Shown: one piece after another, positions 29,584-38,334 of the stretch
Numbering within the stretch: position 1 is the stretch's first letter
Layout of the letters: each line of letters begins with the position of its first letter
The notes under the pieces: model-generated
Told to the model about the DNA's origin: nothing
What the model saw: the letters and a program-made list of their open reading frames with translations, nothing else
Databases searched by the model: none
Made by a program: the position numbers and the translations under genes
Source: Clostridia bacterium
Lineage (GTDB): Bacteria; Bacillota; Clostridia; RGIG6154
Length of the DNA stretch: 64,000 nt
Direction: 5' to 3'
Assembly: GCA_045660065.1 (NCBI GenBank)
Contig: JAZRDC010000068.1
Location: 10,908-74,907 of the forward strand

Positions 29584-30078
29584 TTGCTTCTTGACATTTC
29601 AGTTGTTTTAAAAGGCAACACAGAAAAACTTAAATTTGAAGAAGAAATTGATATATCTGATGTTGATTTTTCAGAGTTTTCAGCAAAGTTTGAAAAACCT
29701 GTTAAACTCGCAGGCACAGTTAAGAATGTAGTTGGTGTTGTTGAACTTTCAGCAACTGCTGATTGTGATTATGCCACAACTTGTTCAAGATGTGGGGAGG
29801 ATTTAACAAAAAATCTTACCTTTGACTTTGAACAGACTTATGTTAAAGAACTAACTGCCGAGGCAGAAGATGCTTTGACTTTAGAAGGCAAAACAATTGA
29901 CATCAAAGACATTTTGTGTAAAAATATTGCACTTTTCCTTCCGCTTAAACAGTTATGCAAGGAAGATTGCAAGGGAATTTGTCAACAATGCGGAACAAAT
30001 CTCAATGAAAAGCAGTGCGATTGCACTGAGGAGTATTTTAACCCGCAATTTGAAATATTAAAAGGATTATTTGATTAA
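29584..30078 (+). CDS. DUF177 / YceD family protein
   Basis: CSRC and LCKEDCKGICQQCG motifs; located upstream of rpmF. Confidence 0.9.
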   Translation: MLLDISVVLKGNTEKLKFEEEIDISDVDFSEFSAKFEKPVKLAGTVKNVVGVVELSATADCDYATTCSRCGEDLTKNLTFDFEQTYVKELTAEAEDALTLEGKTIDIKDILCKNIALFLPLKQLCKEDCKGICQQCGTNLNEKQCDCTEEYFNPQFEILKGLFD

Positions 30079-30114
30079 CATCATATAAAGATGTTGTGTT
30101 GAGGAGGTGTAAAA

Positions 30115-30294
30115 ATGGCAGTTCCAAAGAGAAAAGTATCTAAAGCAAGAAGAGATAAGAGAAGAGCTAATTGGAAATTGGCAGTACCGGGCATGATCGC
30201 TTGCCCACAGTGCGGTGAACTCGTTATGCCACACAGACTTTGCCCTAAATGCGGTTATTACAAGGGAAGAGAAGTAATCAAAGTAGAAGCGTAA
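30115..30294 (+). CDS. rpmF: 50S ribosomal protein L32 (not in the ORF track)
   Basis: [20 protein letters not shown]...CPQCG...[12 protein letters not shown]; SD ggagg. Confidence 0.97.
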   Translation: MAVPKRKVSKARRDKRRANWKLAVPGMIACPQCGELVMPHRLCPKCGYYKGREVIKVEA

Positions 30295-30302
30295 TGATGC
30301 TT

Positions 30303-30541
30303 GGGGATGTTAAAAATGCCCAGAGCACAAAAAGGCACACTATATGAGTGTGTAAGATTAATAGTTTGAATACTAATTAGAAAAATCTCAATATATTGGG
30401 ATTTTTCTTTTTTTGGTGCCTTTTTGTTATAAAAAAACTTCGCCGTTCGACGTACTTTTGTACGCCTTCAGGTATCCAAACACAAAAGAGAACTTTTGTG
30501 TTTGCTCAGTTTTTTTATTCTGAACATTTTTTCCTATCCCC
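30303..30541. repeat. Palindromic intergenic repeat element, copy 2
   Basis: Homologous to 8431-8684 with compensatory changes in the stems. Confidence 0.85.
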
Positions 30542-30638
30542 ATCGTAGTATGAGTGTAACATTTATTTTACTTGACAATATTGGGATTTTATAAGATAAT
30601 ATATATTGATTAAATATGTTAAGACAAGGATTTTTGAA

Positions 30639-31922
30639 ATGACGAAAATTACTTATGTAGAACCCGGCTCCATTGCAGAAGATGCAGGGATTGAAACAGG
30701 CGACTTTTTGGTTGCGTTAAACGGGAAAAAAGTTAATGATATTTTAGAGTATAAGTTTATAACAGCAGATACCGATTACGAGGTTACAATCAAAAAGCCT
30801 GACGGTAGTTATGAAGTTATAGAAATCGCCAACGATTTTGGAGAAGATCTTGGGTTGGAGTTTGAAAATGCTTTGATGACCAAGGCAAAGTCTTGTGCAA
30901 ACAAGTGCGTTTTCTGCTTTATTGATCAACTTCCAAAAGGAATGCGTGAAACACTTTATTTCAAAGATGATGATTCAAGGCTTTCATTTTTGCAGGGAAA
31001 TTATATTACAATGACAAATCTTTCTGATAAAGATTTAAAAAGAATTACCGATATAAAACTTTCACCTGTTAATATTTCTGTTCACTGCACCGACGGGGAA
31101 ACAAGAAAGTTTATGCTTGGCAACAAAAGAGCGGACAGAATATTAAATCAGATGAAAGAACTTGATAAGGCAGGAATTGTTGTAAATTGCCAGATAGTTC
31201 TCTGCCCGGGAATTAACGACGGTGAACTTTTGGATAAAACTCTTTCTGATATATCAGAGTTTTCAAATGTTTACAGCACATCGATTGTACCTGTGGGTAT
31301 GACTAAATTCAGGGAAGGACTTTACAATCTTACACCATTTGACAAAGAAAAAAGCATAGCACTTATAAATCAGGTAAGTGGGTGGCAGGAAAAATTCAAA
31401 AAAGAAACGGGTAGTGTAAAAGTATACTTAGCCGATGAATTTTATATAATGGCAGAAAAGGATTTTCCTGAATATGATCATTACGAAGACTTTCCGCAAC
31501 TTGAAAACGGAGTTGGAATGGCTCGTCTTACCATATATGATTTTAATGACGGAATTGAATGCGTAGAAGAAACTGCTTACAAAAAAGTTACAGTTGCAAC
31601 AGGTAAAATAAGCGAAAAACTCATAAAAAGCCTTGTTTCAAAGGTAGAAGGGGTTGATGCTCAGGTTGTAGCAATTAAACACGACTTTTTTGGACATAGT
31701 ATTACAGTGTCGGGACTTATTACAGGCGGGGACATTATAAATCAATTAAAAGGAAAAGATTTAGGGGATTATCTTTTCATCCCCGCTAATATGCTTCGTG
31801 CAGATACCGATACATTTTTAGATGATGTAACAATCCCCGATATTGAAAAAGCCCTTAACATAAAAGTAGTTGTAATTAACGACGGACACGAACTTGCTCT
31901 TAAATTAAAGGGCGAAATCTGA
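30639..31922 (+). CDS. PDZ plus radical-SAM-like DUF512 protein
   Basis: CANKCVFCFIDQLP..MR..LY.KDDD.RLSFL.GNY; usual neighbor upstream of der. Confidence 0.88.
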   Translation: MTKITYVEPGSIAEDAGIETGDFLVALNGKKVNDILEYKFITADTDYEVTIKKPDGSYEVIEIANDFGEDLGLEFENALMTKAKSCANKCVFCFIDQLPKGMRETLYFKDDDSRLSFLQGNYITMTNLSDKDLKRITDIKLSPVNISVHCTDGETRKFMLGNKRADRILNQMKELDKAGIVVNCQIVLCPGINDGELLDKTLSDISEFSNVYSTSIVPVGMTKFREGLYNLTPFDKEKSIALINQVSGWQEKFKKETGSVKVYLADEFYIMAEKDFPEYDHYEDFPQLENGVGMARLTIYDFNDGIECVEETAYKKVTVATGKISEKLIKSLVSKVEGVDAQVVAIKHDFFGHSITVSGLITGGDIINQLKGKDLGDYLFIPANMLRADTDTFLDDVTIPDIEKALNIKVVVINDGHELALKLKGEI

Positions 31923-31943
31923 CATAAGAAAGGATGATGTTTT

Positions 31944-33266
31944 ATGAAACCTGTTGTAGCGATAGTAGGAAGACCGAATGTTGGAAAAAGTCTTCTTTTC
32001 AACAAGTTGGCAGGACACAGAATATCAATAGTTGAGGACACTCCCGGTGTAACAAGAGACAGAATTTATGCTAATTGTGAGTGGCTTAACCATAAATTTA
32101 CAATTATTGACACAGGTGGTATTGAACCTAAGAGTGATGATATCATTTTATCACAGATGAGAATGCAGGCAGAAATCGCCATTGATACTGCAGATGTAAT
32201 TATGTTTGTAGTTGATGTAAAATGCGGTGTTACTGCAACAGATTTTGAAATCGGTACAATGCTCAGAAAATCTGAAAAACCGGTTGTTTTGGTGTGCAAC
32301 AAAGCAGATAATCCTGGCGGTATGCCAATGGAAGCCTATGAATTTTACAACTTAGGTCTTGGCGACCCTATGTGTATTTCTGCAATCAACGGACTTGGTA
32401 TCGGTGATATGCTTGACGAAGTTGTAAAATACTTTCCTGAAGATTCTGTAAATCAGGAGGAAGAAGATGTTATCAGAATTGCAATAACAGGCAGACCTAA
32501 TGCGGGTAAATCTTCTTTGGTTAACAGAATTTTAGGTGATAACCGTGTAATTGTAAGTAACATTCCGGGTACAACAAGAGATGCTATTGATGTTGAATTT
32601 GAAAAAGACGGTCAGAAATATGTGTTTACTGACACTGCAGGACTTAGAAAACGCGGAAAGATTGACGAAAATATTGAGCGTTACAGTTCTGTAAGAAGTT
32701 TACTCGCAGTAGACCGCTCTGATGTTGTAGTTATTATGATTGATGCAGAGCAAGGTGTTACCGAACAGGATACAAAAATTGCAGGTTATGCTCACGATCA
32801 GGGTAAGGCTATGATTATAGTTGTAAACAAATGGGATTTGGTTGAAAAAGAAACCAACACCATGAAAGACTACGAAACAAAGGTAATGGAAGGCTTTAAC
32901 TTTATGCTTTACGCACCGATTTTGTTTATGTCTGCAAAAACAGGTTCAAGAGTTGATAAGATTTTTGAAACAGTTAGATATGTAAACGAACAAAACTGTA
33001 TGAGAATTCAGACAGGTGTGTTAAATGACGTGCTAAATCAGGCGATTTTAAAAGTTCAGCCACCGTCAGACAAGGGTAAACGCTTGAAAATCCTTTATAT
33101 TACTCAGGTTGCTGTAAAACCGCCTACATTTGTTGTGTTTGTAAATGATACCGAACTTGCGCATTTTTCATATATCAGATATCTTGAAAATCAGATAAGA
33201 GATGCGTTTGGTCTTAAAGGAACACCGCTTAAGTTCTTGGTTCGTGAAAAAACCCGTGAAAAATAG
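31944..33266 (+). CDS. der: Ribosome biogenesis GTPase Der (EngA)
   Basis: Two G-domains (GRPNVGKS, GRPNAGKS; DTGG, DTAG). Confidence 0.97.
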   Translation: MKPVVAIVGRPNVGKSLLFNKLAGHRISIVEDTPGVTRDRIYANCEWLNHKFTIIDTGGIEPKSDDIILSQMRMQAEIAIDTADVIMFVVDVKCGVTATDFEIGTMLRKSEKPVVLVCNKADNPGGMPMEAYEFYNLGLGDPMCISAINGLGIGDMLDEVVKYFPEDSVNQEEEDVIRIAITGRPNAGKSSLVNRILGDNRVIVSNIPGTTRDAIDVEFEKDGQKYVFTDTAGLRKRGKIDENIERYSSVRSLLAVDRSDVVVIMIDAEQGVTEQDTKIAGYAHDQGKAMIIVVNKWDLVEKETNTMKDYETKVMEGFNFMLYAPILFMSAKTGSRVDKIFETVRYVNEQNCMRIQTGVLNDVLNQAILKVQPPSDKGKRLKILYITQVAVKPPTFVVFVNDTELAHFSYIRYLENQIRDAFGLKGTPLKFLVREKTREK

Positions 33267-33277
33267 GAGTTGATTTT

Positions 33278-33886
33278 ATGGCAGTTTTGAAAATCTTAAT
33301 TATTTGTTTAATTGGCTATTTGATAGGAAGCATAAGCAGTGCTATCACAATGGGGAAAATCTACGGAATTGACATAAAAAAAGTCGGAAGCGGAAACGCA
33401 GGTGCTACAAATGTTGCAAGATGCATCGGCAAGTGGCAGAGCGTTGTTGTGTTTTTGTTTGACTTTTTCAAAGGTGCGATAGCAGTGGGAATTGCATCTT
33501 TCATATGGAAAGAATATGCAGTTGTTGCAGGACTTTTTGCAATCCTTGGTCATAACTATCCTATTTACTACGGATTTAAAGGCGGTAAGGGAGTTTCTAC
33601 AACCTTCGGTATTTTACTTGCAATCGACTGGCGTGTGGGACTTATTATCGGTGGGGCAGTATTAGTGCTTTTATTTACAACAAAGATTATGTCATTAAGT
33701 AACCTTATCTGCTTTGCGTTCTTACCACTTACAACATATTTCATAAATCCGGGCGAGGGAAATATAAATGTTTATATTACAGCAGTTTTTGCGATTTTGA
33801 TTTATTATACCCATCGCAGTAATATCAAAAGACTTTTAAACGGAACTGAAAATAAGTTTGGTAAAAAGAAATCGGAGGACAAATAA
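33278..33886 (+). CDS. plsY: Glycerol-3-phosphate acyltransferase PlsY
   Basis: GSGNAGATN, GH..P....FKGGKGV, HRSNI.RL. Confidence 0.95.
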   Translation: MAVLKILIICLIGYLIGSISSAITMGKIYGIDIKKVGSGNAGATNVARCIGKWQSVVVFLFDFFKGAIAVGIASFIWKEYAVVAGLFAILGHNYPIYYGFKGGKGVSTTFGILLAIDWRVGLIIGGAVLVLLFTTKIMSLSNLICFAFLPLTTYFINPGEGNINVYITAVFAILIYYTHRSNIKRLLNGTENKFGKKKSEDK

Positions 33887-34860
33887 TGAAAATATCAGTT
33901 CTCGGCTCGGGAACGTGGGGAACGGCACTTGCAATGCTTCTTGATAAAAATGGACACAAAGTAACTATCTGGTCTTTTTTTGAAGAAGAAATTGAGCAGA
34001 TAAGAAAAAGTCGCACCCATAAATATTTAAAAGATATAACAATAAGCGAAACTATAGAGTTTACAAGCAATCTTGATGAAGCGGTAAACAGCGAAATGCT
34101 GGTCCTGGCAGTACCTTCTCATGTTGTAAGGAAAACTTGTGAGAGCCTTAAAAAATATGAAAAACTACCTTTAATAGTAAATGTGGCAAAGGGGTTTGAT
34201 GAACAAACAAATCAAAGACTTTCGCAAGTAATCAAGGAAGAACTTGATACAACTTGCGTTGTTTTATCAGGGCCTACTCATGCAGAAGAAGTTGCAAGGT
34301 TTATTCCGTCAACTATAGTTGCTGCCTGTGGAGATGTTAAAAAAGCCCGCATTGTACAAGAGGTATTCAACTCAGAAACTTTAAGAGTTTATACAAATAC
34401 CGATGTAATAGGTGTTGAAATGAGTGGCGCATTAAAAAATGTAATTGCTCTTTGTGCAGGTATTTCTGATGGAAGCGGCTATGGCGACAATACAAAAGCG
34501 GCACTTATGACTCGTGGGATAAAAGAAATTTCAAGACTTGGTGTTGCTCTTGGCGGAAATCTCGAAACATTTATGGGGCTTACGGGAATCGGAGATTTGA
34601 TTGTTACCTGCACAAGTATGCATTCAAGAAACAGACGTGCAGGAATACTTATTGGTCAGGGCAAAAGCCTTGATGAAGCAATTGATGAAGTAGGTATGGT
34701 TGTAGAAGGTGTAAAAAGTTGTGTATGTGCTAAAAAAATCGCAGACAGCCTTGGCATAGAAATGCCTATAGTAAACACCGCCTATGACGTGCTATATAAT
34801 AGCGTTTCTTCAAAAGATGCGGTAAAAACACTAATGATGCGTGAAATAAAAGCAGAATAA
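33886..34860 (+). CDS. gpsA: NAD(P)H-dependent glycerol-3-phosphate dehydrogenase
   Basis: GSGTWGTALA, SGPTHA, GALKNVIA, GDLIVTCTS.HSRN. Confidence 0.96.
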   Translation: MKISVLGSGTWGTALAMLLDKNGHKVTIWSFFEEEIEQIRKSRTHKYLKDITISETIEFTSNLDEAVNSEMLVLAVPSHVVRKTCESLKKYEKLPLIVNVAKGFDEQTNQRLSQVIKEELDTTCVVLSGPTHAEEVARFIPSTIVAACGDVKKARIVQEVFNSETLRVYTNTDVIGVEMSGALKNVIALCAGISDGSGYGDNTKAALMTRGIKEISRLGVALGGNLETFMGLTGIGDLIVTCTSMHSRNRRAGILIGQGKSLDEAIDEVGMVVEGVKSCVCAKKIADSLGIEMPIVNTAYDVLYNSVSSKDAVKTLMMREIKAE

Positions 34861-34897
34861 ACCATCAAAAAACTTTAAAAAAATTCAAAAAAAGCAG

Positions 34898-34933
34898 AAA
34901 ACGAGAGATTTGGGTGTCAAATCTCTCGTTTTT
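34898..34933 (+). terminator. Intrinsic terminator
   Basis: aaaacgagagatttg/caaatctctcgtttt. Confidence 0.85.
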
Positions 34934-35012
34934 GACTATTTCTGACCAAATGTGGTGGTTGATATTATTTTTAAATAGGGTATAATAATAGTCAAAGATA
35001 GTCAAAGTCAAA
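34931..35012 (+). promoter_or_regulatory. CtsR boxes and SigA promoter of ctsR-clpC
   Basis: AGTCAAA-gat-AGTCAAA-GTCAAA at 34990-35012, inverted pair at 34931-34947; TTGATA and TATAAT at 34959 and 34981. Confidence 0.85.
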
Positions 35013-35029
35013 AAGAGAGGAATAAAAAT

Positions 35030-35479
35030 ATGAAAATCAGCGATATTATAGAACAGTTTATAAAAGAGATGTTAGAGCAGGAACAGGGGACAGCCCATTT
35101 CCAGCGCTCGGAACTTGCCAACAGATTTAATTGCGTACCGTCCCAGATAAACTATGTAATCAATTCAAGATTTACTTCAAATCACGGATATATGGTAGAA
35201 AGCCACAGAGGTGGAGGCGGAAGTATTAAAATCACGAGGATACCAATGGATAGGACAGGATATTTAATGCATATAGTTTTATCGTTGGGAAGTTCCATAG
35301 GGCAAAATGCGGCGCTTACATTTATAAATAATTTTCTTGACTATAACGCAGTAGATGTAAAACAGGCAAAATTGATGTCGGCGGCTGTATCTGATAAAGC
35401 CTTGGCAGGTATCCGTCAACCCGAAAAAGATATGGTTCGGGCTGACATATTGAAAAATATGATAATCAGTTTGATGTAA
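35030..35479 (+). CDS. ctsR: Class III heat-shock repressor CtsR
   Basis: ISDIIEQFI, F.CVPSQINYVI.SRF....GY.VES.RGGGG.I.I. Confidence 0.95.
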   Translation: MKISDIIEQFIKEMLEQEQGTAHFQRSELANRFNCVPSQINYVINSRFTSNHGYMVESHRGGGGSIKITRIPMDRTGYLMHIVLSLGSSIGQNAALTFINNFLDYNAVDVKQAKLMSAAVSDKALAGIRQPEKDMVRADILKNMIISLM

Positions 35480-35491
35480 GGAGGAAAATGT

Positions 35492-38086
35492 ATGATTTGT
35501 CAAATTTGTGGGAAGAATTTAGCTAACATTCATTTTAAAACAATAATAAATGGTGTGATGAAAGAAACTTATATGTGTTCAGAATGTGCCGCAAAAAGAG
35601 GGCAGGCACGCACCGAAAGTAACGAAGGAGGTAATTTTATGCCATTTTTCGAGAACAAATTTTCAGATAAAGCAGAAAATGTTTTAAGAAATGCATCTAA
35701 TCAAGCGGCAAAATGGGGACATCGCTATATTGGTACAGAACATCTTTTGCACAGTTTGTCAGTTGATGCAGATACTCTTGCAGGCGTAGTTTTGCAGGAC
35801 AACGGCTTGAACAAAGAAGAAATTTCACAAAAAATCGCAGAAATCGTCGGAATGAATCCCTTATCTTCAAATGTGCTTGGATTTACCCCGCGAGTTAAAA
35901 GAGTAATTGAACTCAGTTACGCAGAGGCAAGACGCATGGGGCATAATTATATCGGCACAGAACATCTTTTGATGGCGCTCTTGCGTGAGGGTGAAAGCGT
36001 AGCGGCGAGAATAATCGCAGAACTTGGCGGCGACCGCAACAAAATCTTTTCAGATATTTTAAACAGCCTTGGCGGACATCACGAGCCTGAAGACTTAAAT
36101 CAGCAGACTCCGCAGAATAATCAGGGCAAAAAGACACCAACTCTTGACGAGTTCGGCAGAGATCTTACCCAGATGGCAAAAGACGGCAAGTTCGACCCTG
36201 TAATCGGCAGAGACAAAGAAATCGAAAGAGTGATACAGATACTTTCAAGAAGAACCAAGAACAATCCTTGTTTAATTGGTGAACCTGGAGTTGGTAAAAC
36301 TGCAATTGCAGAAGGATTGGCACAGAAAATCTGCTCAGGAAAAGTACCTGAAATCTTAAAAAACAAAAGAGTGTTTTCTCTTGACCTTTCATCAATGATT
36401 GCAGGGGCAAAATACAGAGGTGAGTTTGAAGAGCGCCTTAAAAAATGTATGACAGAAATTAAAAATGACGGAAACATCATTATATTTATAGATGAAATTC
36501 ACACAATTATCGGAGCAGGTGCGGCAGAGGGGGCCATTGATGCATCAAACATTTTAAAGCCGTCTTTGGCTCGAGGCGAGATACAGATAATCGGTGCAAC
36601 TACAATCGATGAGTACAGAAAGCACGTTGAAAAAGATGCAGCATTAGAAAGAAGATTTCAACCTGTTACCGTTGGTGAGCCTACAGTTGACCAGACAGTT
36701 ATGATTTTAATGGGGCTTCGTGATAAATATGAAGCACATCACAAAGTAGAAATCACAGACGGTGCAATAATTGCGGCGGCAAAGTTGTCCGCAAGATATA
36801 TAACAGACAGATTTCTGCCCGACAAAGCCATTGACCTGATTGACGAAGCATCATCAAAAGTTAAACTCGAAACCTGCACAGCCCCTGATGATATCTCGGA
36901 CTTAAAAGACGAGGTTGAAAAGTTAAAAGGCGAAAAAGAAGCGGCGATTTCTGCTCAGGATTTTGAAAAAGCGGCTTGTCTTCGTGATCGTGAGAAAGAA
37001 CTTGCAGAAAAATTAAAGACACGAAAAGACAACTGGCAGAAAGAAACACAGATAAAGAAAATGCTTGTAACCGAAGAAGATATCGCAGGTGTGATTGCAG
37101 GCTGGACAGGAATTCCCGCATCAAGACTTACAGAGGGCGAAAGTGAAAGACTTTTAAAATTGGAAGAAACACTCCACCAAAGAGTTGTAGGTCAGTCTGA
37201 TGCAGTTACAGCCATCGCAAAGGCGGTAAAAAGAGGCAGAACAGGTTTGAAAGACCCTAAACGCCCAATCGGCTCGTTTATATTCTCAGGACCTACCGGT
37301 GTCGGCAAAACCGAACTTTGTAAAGCATTGGCAGAAGCGGTATTCGGCGACGAAAACGCAATGGTAAGAATTGATATGTCTGAGTATATGGAAAAATATT
37401 CAGTATCTCGTCTTGTTGGTTCACCTCCTGGATATGTTGGTTACGAACAGGGCGGTCAATTAAGCGAAAAGGTGAGAAGAAACCCATATTCTGTTGTGCT
37501 TTTTGATGAAATTGAAAAAGCCCATCCTGATGTTTTTAATATCTTGTTGCAGATTTTAGAAGACGGAATTTTAACAGACTCCCAGGGCAGAAAAATTGAC
37601 TTTAAAAATACCATTATAATTTTAACTTCAAATGTAGGCGCATCAAGAATAACAGAAACTCCCAAAGCATTCGGGTTTAGTCAGGCAGATGAAAAAACAG
37701 AGTCAAATTATAATGATATTAAAAACAAAGTTATGGCAGAACTTAAAAACACATTCAGACCTGAATTTTTGAACAGAATTGACGATATAATTGTATTCAA
37801 GCAACTAACCCAGAACGAAATCGAACAGATTGCAGAAAAGATGCTTTCATCACTTGTGAAAAGACTTAAAGAAAACGAAATTGAAGCCACATTTACAAAA
37901 GAGGCGGTTTCAGAACTTGCAAAAACAGGGTTTGACCCCGTCTACGGTGCAAGACCGCTAAGACGCGCAATCACATCAGGCATAGAAGATATGTTGGCAG
38001 AAGAAATGCTTGAGGGGAAAATCTTAAAAGGCAATAAAATAGAAGTAACTTTTGACGGCGAAGCATTTAAAGTGATTAATGACTAA
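35492..38086 (+). CDS. clpC: ClpC ATPase with N-terminal McsA-type zinc-finger extension
   Basis: Clp-N repeats, [11 protein letters not shown] linker, GPTGVGKT; first ~49 aa are CxxC...CxxC; internal SD and ATG at 35639. Confidence 0.95.
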   Translation: MICQICGKNLANIHFKTIINGVMKETYMCSECAAKRGQARTESNEGGNFMPFFENKFSDKAENVLRNASNQAAKWGHRYIGTEHLLHSLSVDADTLAGVVLQDNGLNKEEISQKIAEIVGMNPLSSNVLGFTPRVKRVIELSYAEARRMGHNYIGTEHLLMALLREGESVAARIIAELGGDRNKIFSDILNSLGGHHEPEDLNQQTPQNNQGKKTPTLDEFGRDLTQMAKDGKFDPVIGRDKEIERVIQILSRRTKNNPCLIGEPGVGKTAIAEGLAQKICSGKVPEILKNKRVFSLDLSSMIAGAKYRGEFEERLKKCMTEIKNDGNIIIFIDEIHTIIGAGAAEGAIDASNILKPSLARGEIQIIGATTIDEYRKHVEKDAALERRFQPVTVGEPTVDQTVMILMGLRDKYEAHHKVEITDGAIIAAAKLSARYITDRFLPDKAIDLIDEASSKVKLETCTAPDDISDLKDEVEKLKGEKEAAISAQDFEKAACLRDREKELAEKLKTRKDNWQKETQIKKMLVTEEDIAGVIAGWTGIPASRLTEGESERLLKLEETLHQRVVGQSDAVTAIAKAVKRGRTGLKDPKRPIGSFIFSGPTGVGKTELCKALAEAVFGDENAMVRIDMSEYMEKYSVSRLVGSPPGYVGYEQGGQLSEKVRRNPYSVVLFDEIEKAHPDVFNILLQILEDGILTDSQGRKIDFKNTIIILTSNVGASRITETPKAFGFSQADEKTESNYNDIKNKVMAELKNTFRPEFLNRIDDIIVFKQLTQNEIEQIAEKMLSSLVKRLKENEIEATFTKEAVSELAKTGFDPVYGARPLRRAITSGIEDMLAEEMLEGKILKGNKIEVTFDGEAFKVIND

Positions 38087-38124
38087 TTAAAAACTCCCAC
38101 GATTCGTGGGAGTTTTTAATTAGT
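38082..38124. terminator. Intrinsic terminator
   Basis: 20-bp perfect stem actaattaaaaactcccacg/cgtgggagtttttaattagt. Confidence 0.88.
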
Positions 38125-38132
38125 TATATATT

Positions 38133-38205
38133 CGGATACAAAATTTATATAAACGGATACAAGTTGTGTTAGTGGCTTGACTTTGGTGGCAAACAGTGAT
38201 ATTAT
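38133..38205 (+). promoter_or_regulatory. Promoter with 21-bp-spaced direct repeats (cggatacaa x2) upstream of the -35
   Basis: Repeats at 38133 and 38154; TTGACT-17-TATTAT at 38177-38205. Confidence 0.55.
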
Positions 38206-38334
38206 TAAATTGGTATATAGTAGGGATATGCTATGTATACATTTATGAAGTGCGGCTTTAAAATCAAGTGCCCCTGATTTTGTGCAAAACGTTTCATTTA
38301 AAATTGAATTATAAAAATTTTAGGAGGGAATATT

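Noticed and set aside
30393-30590. 13-bp repeat atattgggatttt (30393 and 30578) as a target-site duplication of repeat copy 2
   Set aside because: One copy is inside the element and the other is the spacer of the next promoter, so they do not bracket the element.
38283-38298. tgcaaaacgtttca as a CcpA cre site
   Set aside because: The central CG is off-register relative to the 14-bp cre consensus.
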